This document shows, piece by piece, positions 54,311 to 64,000 of a stretch of DNA of 64,000 nucleotides. The DNA is from Balanoglossus misakiensis (Eukaryota; Animalia; Hemichordata), in NCBI GenBank assembly GCA_040954595.2, contig CM082590.2:8184001-8248000 (forward strand), written 5' to 3'. The position numbers were made by a program, and so were the translations under genes. A model generated the notes under the pieces. It was given only the letters and a program-made list of their open reading frames with translations. It was not told the DNA's origin and did not search any database. Numbering within the stretch: the stretch's first letter is position 1; every line of letters begins with the position of its first letter.

Positions 54311-55756
54311 TTACTTGGGGGTTTCTGCACCGGCATCGTATGCAGCGTTGTCGTAGCACCCGCCAGAGTCGATGCGGTCGGCTGCTTCGGTTTGAGTGGC
54401 GACTTCTTTTGGATGTGTGACGTTCTTCTCCTGGTCTGCAGATGGTTTTGAAGATGTCGGTTTTGGTGAAATTGGTCCTCGGTCTTCCGAAGGCTTGCGT
54501 TGTTCTTGCTTGGGGTCTGGAGTTGGTGTTGAAGATGTCGGTTTTGGTGAAATTGGTCCTCGGTCTTCCGAAGGCTTGCGTTGTTCTTGTTCGGGGTCCG
54601 CAGTTGGTGTTGAAGATGTCAGTTTTGGTGAAATTGGTCCTCGGTCTTCTGAGGGATTGCGTTGTTCTTGTTCGGGGTCTGGAGTTGGTGTATTTGCCGG
54701 GTTAGATGAAATGGGTCTTAGTTCTGCTGTAGGTACGCGCTGCTTCTTCTGGTATTCGCGTTTCTTTTCAGCTTTCCCGGTTGCCTGGGCATCGTCGCGC
54801 TGTGACGAGCAAGTCAAGATACTGATGAACTCCCGGCGGAAGTTGCTGCCGAAAATGGCGTAGACGACGGGGTTGATCCAGCTGTTTGCCATGGCAAGGG
54901 GGATGGTGATTGTACGAAGAATGTCGTTGGTACTGTCGGACAGGTAACCCGTCAGAGCGTAGTAAAATATTCGTCGAATTCGGAGCGGGCACCATCCTAT
55001 CCCAAACATCAAAACCACCACTACCAGCATTCTAACTGCGCGTCGCTTTCGTCGTCGGGACTGGTCGTTTGGCGAGTTTCCTAAGTACAACACAGCTATC
55101 ATCTTGGCGTACAGCACGCATATTATCACTAAAGGCACGAAGAAAGTAAATAAGAAGTCTGTCACGGCGATAACCCCTGCGTCGCGAGATACGTACTGGC
55201 AACTTTTATAGGTAACATTCTGTCCGTCAACTTCGACAGTCTTAGAAACGATACGGGACGCGTCTATGTAGTTAGTGGAGTAGGCGAAGGATGCTACCCA
55301 CGTCAGAATGATCATCGCCCAGGCCTGTTTGACGGAAATTCGCTGCTTCGTAGGCGTGACGATGGCGCGGTAGCGGTCGATGGCGATGCAGAGAAGCGAG
55401 AAGACGGTGGAATTCATGAAAGTCCACGTCAATGTATTGACGGAGCTGCAGAGAAACTTAGTGACCAGACCATCTGAGCCCAACAGTTTGCCAATCTTGA
55501 AGGGAACGAACAAGACCCCGACACCGATATCTGATATAGAGACCGAAGCGATGAAGAGGTTGGTGGCCGACTTCTTCATCTTCTGCTGGCGGAAAACAGC
55601 GATGATGACCAACAGATTACCGAACAGGATCAGAAAGGCACTGCACACAGCAATACTGATAAGCACCAAACGCGCCAACTCGTCTGACGTGACTCCCCGC
55701 GTTTCGACATCGGGGTTTTCGAACGAATCGTTGTTTACTGCACCGTCGAGCAACAT
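54311..55756 (-). CDS. Rhodopsin-class orphan GPCR, paralogue 2, intronless
   Basis: 481-aa ORF with DRY, GWCP and NPVVY motifs; three 27-aa repeats in the C-tail. Confidence 0.93.
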   Translation of the reverse strand: MLLDGAVNNDSFENPDVETRGVTSDELARLVLISIAVCSAFLILFGNLLVIIAVFRQQKMKKSATNLFIASVSISDIGVGVLFVPFKIGKLLGSDGLVTKFLCSSVNTLTWTFMNSTVFSLLCIAIDRYRAIVTPTKQRISVKQAWAMIILTWVASFAYSTNYIDASRIVSKTVEVDGQNVTYKSCQYVSRDAGVIAVTDFLFTFFVPLVIICVLYAKMIAVLYLGNSPNDQSRRRKRRAVRMLVVVVLMFGIGWCPLRIRRIFYYALTGYLSDSTNDILRTITIPLAMANSWINPVVYAIFGSNFRREFISILTCSSQRDDAQATGKAEKKREYQKKQRVPTAELRPISSNPANTPTPDPEQEQRNPSEDRGPISPKLTSSTPTADPEQEQRKPSEDRGPISPKPTSSTPTPDPKQEQRKPSEDRGPISPKPTSSKPSADQEKNVTHPKEVATQTEAADRIDSGGCYDNAAYDAGAETPK

Positions 55757-57359
55757 TGCTGCAACTGCGTAGACTTTCTAAAACAGCGAGAGCTAGTCAG
55801 AAAAAAACTGCACCAACCACAGGTTACAACATGCAATATATACATGTCTACTAATTATCTTATTGAGGAGATTGCCCCAATCAGAAATCTCTCATTTTTT
55901 TTTCATTTGTGTGCGCGTAATTATCATAATCCTGCAATTACTTTGCAATTCCATGACATTGGCCACATCACTTACATATTTTACTGAACTGGTCGCTTTT
56001 TGTGGACCGACTCGTTATAGAAAGCTGAACTGTCCAACGAATTTTTTTGCTTACATTTTTAGTAGCTGCACTGAATGTGAATGATATCCATGCAAATTAA
56101 ACCAGGGTTACCATGACAGTACTGGACTATCTATTTTGTAGATATTTACTCTTGGACACGCGAAAAATTCGTCATCCATATCCATTCGGATGCATAGGCC
56201 TGTGCCCGCCTTTTTGTATTTTGTAAATAAGGCAATTTTTACTGTATCCAAAGCTAAGCTACCGCATTTCTTCAAAGACATACAAGGTTATATGATCAAT
56301 TTCCAATGCGCACAATTGCCTGAAGAAGCAGCTTCTCTTGTCGGCGAAATCTTCCCGTGGGAAAGACAAGAAACTCTAAACAAATACCCCCGGTATACAT
56401 GTACGTCTGTAATGTTTGTAAATTGGTCTTCCGTTTCCTTTGTTCGTTTTTACAAAACTTGAAAGTAATAGCGTACTTGAATAGTGGATGTTTGGATCAG
56501 TCGAAATTAGCATAATGGAAGATGATTGGATGATAGATATGGAGATGATGAGTGCAGTGTATTATTGGTGGGCGAATAATGCTTCGCCTATTATAACAAA
56601 ATACATGTAATCGTATCAAAATACCTGTATTCTGTGGACAAGTCAGCCAGTGCAGTGCCGCCCTAGGGATAATTGCATATAATGGCTGAAGTTTAATAAT
56701 TGGCTGTTCACGATGTGAATACGTCGTAAAACTGTTTGCCGATGATGACGTCAAATGGCCACAGAATTGCATCATGGGATGTTACTGAGAAGTAAATATT
56801 CAAAACCAGTCTTGAATTTCTTTAACTTTCGCGAATTCAAGCTGTGAGTTCTCATTTGGCTAATTATGTATTAGCGTTCTTGTGTACTGTATTGAACCGA
56901 AAATACTTGTACATGTAGTTAGTTTATGTGTTAAGGGATAAGACCTTTTACATACCAGTACTTCGTAGCAATTTTATTTGCTTCGGGAAGCCAGGTCGAC
57001 ATTGAAGTAGGCTAGGTCATTAACACAATTAATTATTTACATACAGCAAAATGGTAAAACTTTTGAAGTTATGAATCGTGTGTTTGTACACTGAGAAACT
57101 TTATGCAAGTTTTCGATGTATTCTTGATATCACAGAAAGGTCAAAAAGAGCGACTTTGAGACTCGTTCATTTTGTATGCTTTTTATGATTGTCATCCTCC
57201 AAGTATTACGATAATATCAAAGTTCAAATCAAGAGTTCGATAGTTCAATGTCCTTTTGTTCATTATTCTGAATGAGAGGAACGTGATTTTTGTACCCTGT
57301 AATAATATAATGTGAAATAAATTGATTACTGAACAAGGACAGATAAATTAATCACGTAC

Positions 57360-57600
57360 ATCTCTCTCTCTCCCTCCCTCCTCTCTCTACCCTCCTCCAT
57401 CTCTCTCTCACACACTCACTCACTCACTCACTCTCTCTCTCTCTCTCTGTATCTCTCTCTCTTTCTCTTTCTCACACACACACACACACACACACACTCA
57501 CTCACTCATTCTCTCTCTCTCTTTCTCTCTATATCTGTCTCTCTCTCCCCTCCTCTCTCTCTCTCACTCACTCTCTCTCTATCTGTCTCTCTCTCTCAAA
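57360..57600. repeat. (CT)n/(CACT)n microsatellite; expanded paralogue at 63365-63812
   Basis: Same flanks in both duplication units; about 240 bp versus about 450 bp. Confidence 0.92.
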
Positions 57601-60384
57601 AAAATACTTGCAACGCATTAAATAAACTCTATTTGTGTTTAAATTAAATGAAGACAAATGCAATCGATTACAATGTACTAGTATATCAAATGTTATTTTA
57701 TTTTGTTTTAAGTAAAATAACAAATGCACTTTGCATTATTGTGAATAAAATCACACCCAACTTGACGCCTTGACTGTCGCAAGAGGGCGATCGTGATGAT
57801 TTTACAACAGACCATGCATCATCGCCCTTACATCGTGAAACAAGGTAATTTTGATGACTATTGCAAGAGGGCGCGCGTGACATCTTGCTGACTGGCGCGG
57901 TTTGCACAACGCAAACTCTACAAAAACAGTATTGAACATTGTTGACAAATCAAGGATGAATCTGACAAACATTTATCAACAATTCGACATAAACGTATAG
58001 TTTTGATACATCAGAACCAAACAATTTATTTTGCAACCAAAGTGTAAGTTTCGAAAAGTATCATAACTATCAAAATAATATCATGTCTTTCTAATTTTTG
58101 TTCTTATGATTTGCTAGTCAGATACAACATATCACGTATTACAAATTCCCTGAACATTTATACTCTCAAAAATTAATTTTGTTCACTTCAATGATATCAC
58201 AAGTCTTTCATTCATTATACAAACTTTAAAATAACATTTCGTGTTTATAGCCCAACAGCTTTTCCGCATATGATTATTTATATTGTCTTATTTACAAGAC
58301 ATACTTGGATAATTTTGTCTCCAGTACATGTAATTTTCCCCCAAAGAGGGAAAATTGCGCATTTGCTAGAGGCGTGAATGTTATCCTTTCGTTATTATAA
58401 TTGCGCGTTATTATTCGAAGGACAGGTAAATATTCAATAAACAAACATGCCCTTCCTCAATTTATTGGCCTATAAATCCTGTAAGTACTATCTCACAAAA
58501 TTTCATCACCATACGGTCACGTTTTCCGTGTTTCGTCCCTAAATCATTGTGCGCCGCTAGCGGTAAGAAAATGATGCTGGATTGCTCTCTCTTCTCAATC
58601 GCCATATCAGAGCACTAGGGGCGCACTGCACTATGAATATATGAATATATTAGCGAGCGGTCAGGATATCCCCCTAATGCTAACCTTCGACCTTTGACCC
58701 ACACGTGTTTACTGGAAGTCCCATAGCAGCTACAGTCGATATGTAAACACGCGTATAGCTTTAAAATTGCCTCGAACTTTCACCAAATCCGGTCAACAAG
58801 TGCCCGTGGTTACAATATAGGTTGCCTAAACTCCACACCCGTGCAAGGAGAAGACTGAATCTGCAGGAAAATTACAGTAAGATTGTATTTTTGCATGATT
58901 TTGACAGTCATGTTGTGATTGTTTACATGCCGAGCGCTAGGGGTAGGGCATATGTTTAAGGCAACCAACAACAGCGTGGCCAGTAAACACAGCCCTGCCG
59001 ATCAGAGCTATGATAGCCGTAGCCGTCCAACCTTCCGACAGCGTGAAATATAGGGTTCGAAGGGGCCTGGGTCCCAATAAATTCACGGTTTAGCCCACGG
59101 TTCCGACAACAACACACTCCTGCGGTGTTGGAGTGAACGCAGTAGAAATCCGTCGTGTGCTCAAATCTCTGTTTTCCGGATCAAAACATCCGTTTCCCCA
59201 ATCGACCATCGATGTCGTCGCTGGGGCGGTTTAACAAAACTGTTTTTCAGTAATAATATTAGCCCTTTTTAATAATAGAACTGTGACGTAAAGCTCAACT
59301 AATGTTGAGATAATCGCGTTGCTGCATCTTCGTTGAAAATGTTCATTTCTTTCCCATGTAAATTTGTGGGCGTGTACACAATATCATGGGTTGAGTACAG
59401 TATTGTTTTCCATGTCTGAACAATTCTCGGTTTGCGAAATCTTAAAAAGTTCTCTGTGGAAAATGAATTAATATGACAAAATGTTTTGAGAATAATAACT
59501 TTGATAGCAACTGCAATGGAGTTCAGTCTCCATATTTTAGGGAACTGTGTTATATATGAAAATTAGGTAACTAAGAGTATGATTATGATGATTTGAAATA
59601 TCTCATAGGCCTATACATGTATATGCATAATGTGATTTGAATCGGCAAGAAACAACAAACACGTTCATTTCAACAGACATCTGCCATTTATTCATTAGTT
59701 ACAACATTAAAATGGTACATGTTGGCGAGAAATATACAAATCACAACAAAATCGTTTTCTATTGTAAAGTTGAACGTCTACAGAGCGAACTGGGGGTGAA
59801 AGTGTTAAAAGCAAACATAGACTGTGCTCAAAGGAACGACAGACTACATGAGATATGTAAGATACATCTAATATAAACATCTAAGATAAAAATACAGTTT
59901 CTCTGTTCGCCTATTTGTTGTAGGCAGTATTGAAAAGTTTCGTCTCCTTTCTGAAGTACTTCTCGCCCGGGTATTCTTCGAGATATCAGCGTGCCCAAGG
60001 CATTGCATATTCGCGTGATCAAAGGAATTGCAAAATATTACAAGAGAAATTTATCAGCCATCTAAACACGTAAGAAGATATATAAGTTGTGAATGTTTCG
60101 CTGTTTGTTAACGTTCAGCATTTGTGGCTTTATGACACAAATCTGACTGCAGTATCTTACACAAGTTGAACACTAAAATACATCTATTCTTCGAAATGAT
60201 TAAGCAACAAATATTATATATGTATATATTAGTCATTAGGAAAGTCAATAATACTTATAAACATTAATTACACTGTCAATGATCAGAATAAAACGGTTGA
60301 CGACTGCAGACTACTTTCAACTACATGCAATTTTTTGTGAATCGGTTTATAAACTTGTCTGGGTTCGTCTGTACGAGAGTTCTG

Positions 60385-61677
60385 TTAAGTGGTGAGATTA
60401 CTTGGGGTTTCTGCACCGGCATCGTATGCAGGGTTCTCGTAGCACCCGCCAGAGTCGATGCGGTCGGCTGCTTCGGTTTGAGTGGCGACTTCTTTTGGGT
60501 GTGTGACGTTCTTCTCCTGGTCTGCAGATGGTGTTGAAGATGTCGGTTTTGGTGAAATTGGTCCTCGGTCTTCGGAGGGCTTGCGTTGTTCTTGCTCGGG
60601 GTCTGGAGTTGGTGTGTCTGACGGTTTGGATGAAATGGGTCTTAGTTCTGCTGTAGGTACGCGCTGCTTCTTCTGGTATTCGCGTTTCTTTTCAGCTTTC
60701 CCGGTTGCCTGGGCATCGTCGCGCCGTGACGAGCAAGTCAAGATACTGATGAACTCCCGGCGGAAGTTGCTGCCGAAAATGGCGTAGACGACGGGGTTGA
60801 TCCAGCTGTTCGCGAACGCAAGGGGGACGGTGATTGTACGAAGAATCTCGTTGGTACTGTCGGACAGGTAACCCAGAGCGTAGTAAAATATTCGTCGAAT
60901 TCGGATCGGGCACCATCCTATCCCAAACATCAAAACCACCACTACCAGCATTCTAACTGCGCGTCGCTTTCGTCGTCGGGACTGGTCGTTTGGCGAGTTT
61001 CCTAAGTACAACACAGCTATCATCTTGGCGTACAGCACGCATATTATCACTAAAGGCACGAAGAAAGTAAATAAGAAGTCGGTCACAACTATAACCCCAG
61101 CGACACGAGACACATACTGGCAACTTTTATAGGTAACATTCTGTCCGTCAATTTCGACAGTCTTAGAAACGATACGGGACGCGTCTATGTAGTTAGTGGA
61201 GTACACGAACGATGCTACCCACGTCAGAATGATCATCGCCCAGGCCTGTTTGACGGAAATTCGTCGCTTTGTCGGCGTGACGATGGCGCGGTAGCGATCG
61301 ATGGCGATGCAGAGGAGCGAGAAGACGGTGGAATTCATGAATGTCCACGTCAGTGTATTGACGGAGCTGCAGAGAAACTTAGTGACCAGACCATCTGAGC
61401 CCAGCATCTTGCCCACATTGAAGGGAATGAACAAGACCCCGACACCGATGTCTGATAAAGAGACCGAAGCGATGAACAGATTGGTGGCCGACTTCTTCAT
61501 CTTCTGTTGGCGGAAAACAGCGATGATGACCAGCAGATTACCGAACAGGATCAGAAAGTCGCTGCAACCAGCGATACTGACAAGCACCAAACGCGCCAAC
61601 TCGTCTGATGTGACTCCTCGCGTTTGGACATCGGGGTTTTCGAACGAATCGTTGTTTACTGCACCGTCGAGCAACAT
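60385..61677 (-). CDS. Rhodopsin-class orphan GPCR, paralogue 3, intronless
   Basis: 430-aa ORF, highly similar to paralogue 2, with one C-tail repeat. Confidence 0.93.
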   Translation of the reverse strand: MLLDGAVNNDSFENPDVQTRGVTSDELARLVLVSIAGCSDFLILFGNLLVIIAVFRQQKMKKSATNLFIASVSLSDIGVGVLFIPFNVGKMLGSDGLVTKFLCSSVNTLTWTFMNSTVFSLLCIAIDRYRAIVTPTKRRISVKQAWAMIILTWVASFVYSTNYIDASRIVSKTVEIDGQNVTYKSCQYVSRVAGVIVVTDFLFTFFVPLVIICVLYAKMIAVLYLGNSPNDQSRRRKRRAVRMLVVVVLMFGIGWCPIRIRRIFYYALGYLSDSTNEILRTITVPLAFANSWINPVVYAIFGSNFRREFISILTCSSRRDDAQATGKAEKKREYQKKQRVPTAELRPISSKPSDTPTPDPEQEQRKPSEDRGPISPKPTSSTPSADQEKNVTHPKEVATQTEAADRIDSGGCYENPAYDAGAETPSNLTT

Positions 61678-64000
61678 TGCTGCAACTGCGTAGACTTTCT
61701 TGACAGCGAGAGCTAGTCAGAAAAAAATGCACCAACCACAGGTTACAACATGCAATATATACATGTCTACTAATTACCTTACTTATTGATGAGATTGCCC
61801 CAATCAGAAATCTCTCATTTTTTTTTTCATTTATGCGCGCGTAATTATCATAATCCTGCAATTACTTTGCAATTCCATGACATTGGCCACATCTTTTACA
61901 TATTTTACTGAACTGGTCGCTTTTTGTGGACCGACTCGTTATAGAAAGCGGAACTGTCCAACGAATTTTTTTGCTTACATTTTTAGTAGCTGCACTAAAT
62001 GTGTATGATATCATCTATGCAAATTTAACCAGGGTTACCATGACAGTACTGGACTATCTATTTTGTAGATATTTACTCATGGAGACGCGAAAAATTCGTC
62101 ATCGATCCATATTCAGTTTGATGCATAGGCCAGTGCCCGCCCTTTTGTATTATGCAAATTAGGCAATTTTTACTCTATCCAAAGCTGAGCTGCCGCGTTT
62201 CTTCAAAGACGTAGAGAACCCGTATGTAGAATTACTTACATACAAGGTTATATGATCAATTTCCAATGCGCACAATTGCCTGAAGAAGCAGCTTCTCTTG
62301 TCGGCGAAATCTTCCCGTGGGAAAGACAAGAAACTCTAAACAAATACCCCCGGTATACATGTACGTCTGTAATGTTTGTAAATTGGTCTTCCGTTTCCTT
62401 TGTTCGTTTTTACAAAACTTGAAAGTAATAGCGTACTTGAATAGTGGATGTTTGGATCAGTCGAAATTAGCATAATGGAAGATGATTGGATGATAGATAT
62501 GGAGATGATGAGTGCACTGTATTATTGGTGGGCGAATAATGCTTCGCCTATTATAACAAAATACATTTAATCGTATCAAAGTACCTGTATTCTGTGGACA
62601 AGTCAGCCATACAGTGCCGCCCTAGGGATAATTGCATATAATGGCTGAAGTTTAATAATTGGCTGTTCACGATGTGAATACGTCGTCAAACTGTTTGCCG
62701 ATGATGACGTCAAATGGCCACAGAATTGCATCATGGGATGTTACTGAGAAGTAAATATTCAAAACCAGTCTTGAATTTCTGCAACTTTCGCGAATTTAAG
62801 CTGTGAGTTTTCATTTGGCTAATTATGTATTAGCGTTCTTGTGTACTGTATTGAACCGGAAATACATGTAGTTAGTGTTGAGGGATAAGACCTTTTACAT
62901 ACCAGTACTTCGTAGCAATTTTATTTGCTTCGGGAAGCCAGGTCGACATTGAAGTAGGCTAGGTCATTAACACAATTAATTATTTACATACAGCAAAATG
63001 GTAAAACTTTTGAAGTTATGAATCGTTTTTTGTACACTTAGAAACTTTAGACAAGTTTTCCACGTATTCTTGATATCACCGCAGAAAGGTCAAAAAGAGC
63101 GACTTTGAGACTCGTTCATTTTGTATGCTTTTTATGATTGTCATCCCTCAAGTATTACGATAATATCAAAGTTCAAATCAAGAGTTCGATAGTTCAATGT
63201 CCTTTTGTTCATTATTCTGAATGAGAGGAACGTGATTTTTGTACCCTGTAATAATATAATGTGAAATAAATTGATCACTGAACAAGGACAGAGAAATGAA
63301 CCCGAATATACGTCGTCTTTGTGGATGGTGTATCCATAGTGAACATCATGCATGTATCACGTGCATCTCTCTCTCTCCCTCCCCCCTCTCTCTACCCTCC
63401 TCCATCTCTCTATCTCTCTCTCACACACTCACTCTCTCTCTCTTTCTCTCTATCTGTCTCTCTCTCTCCCCTCCTCCTTCTCTCTCTCTCTCTCTCTCAC
63501 TCACTCACTCTCTCTCTATCTGTCTCTCTCTCTCTACTCTCTTTCTCTCTCTCACACACTCACTCTCTCTCTATCTCTCTCCCCTCCTCCTTCTCTCTCT
63601 CTCTCTCTCTCTCTCACTCACTCACTCTCTCTCTATCTGTCTCTCTCTCTCTTCTCTCTTTCTCTCTCTCACACACTCACTCTCTCTCTATCTCTCTCCC
63701 CTCCTCCTTCTCTCTCTCTCTCTCTCTCACTCACTCACTCTCTCTCTATCTGTCTCTCTCTCTCTCTCTCTCACTCACTCACTCTCTCTCTCTCTCTTTA
63801 TCTGTCTCTCTCAGAAAATACTTGCAACGCATTAAATAAACTCTATTTGTTTAAATTAAATGAAGACAACGATTACAATGTACTTGTATATCAAATTTTA
63901 TTTTATTTTGTTTTAAGTAAAATAACAAATGCACTCTGCATACGGTCACGTTTTCCGTATTTCGACCCTCAAGCTTGGCTAAATCATTGTGCGCCGCTAG

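Larger units (their letters stand above)
53505..64000. repeat. Recent tandem segmental duplication (about 6.1 kb unit) carrying the GPCR
   Basis: 53510-57735 aligns by eye with 59600-63940 (3' flank, CDS, promoter, CT microsatellite). Homology resumes at 58511 vs 63941 and runs off the window end. Confidence 0.92.

Noticed and set aside
63296-63839. 170-180 aa Ser/Leu-rich ORFs
   Set aside because: Translations of a CT microsatellite; the same applies to 33752-34041 and 36283-36734.

Overview
AT-rich, intron-containing animal genomic DNA. It looks like an invertebrate deuterostome (hemichordate/echinoderm/amphioxus-like); that assignment is an inference from gene content. Gene order read from the sequence, with GT-AG exon chains assembled by hand: 3' end of CDK5RAP3 (+); ATF2/ATF7/CREB5-family bZIP gene (-, 9 coding exons, about 443 aa); an intronless RING-BBox-CC-filamin-NHL TRIM gene (+), probably nested in the ATF 5' intron; RPL23 (-) with three intronic copies of one H/ACA snoRNA, each followed by a piggyBac-like MITE; LASP1 (+); a cluster of intronless rhodopsin-class GPCRs (3 intact plus 1 internally deleted pseudogene) flanking a head-to-head TMUB (-) / ATP6V1F (+) pair. 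Many non-autonomous DNA transposons are present (piggyBac-, Kolobok-, Tc1/mariner- and Helentron-like), along with hairpin elements and microsatellites. Best leads: (1) the snoRNA+MITE cassette repeated in three RPL23 introns, with a compensatory base change and a predicted 28S target that differs from that of the vertebrate RPL23-hosted snoRNA; (2) a tandem array of duplicated splice acceptors in the ATF gene; (3) orphan GPCRs whose tails carry a TQT (LC8-type) motif, a YEN(P/A)xY-type motif and a variable 27-aa repeat; (4) a compact NF-kB/CRE/AP-1/TATA promoter-like module antisense to the TRIM gene. No prokaryotic or CRISPR features were found.
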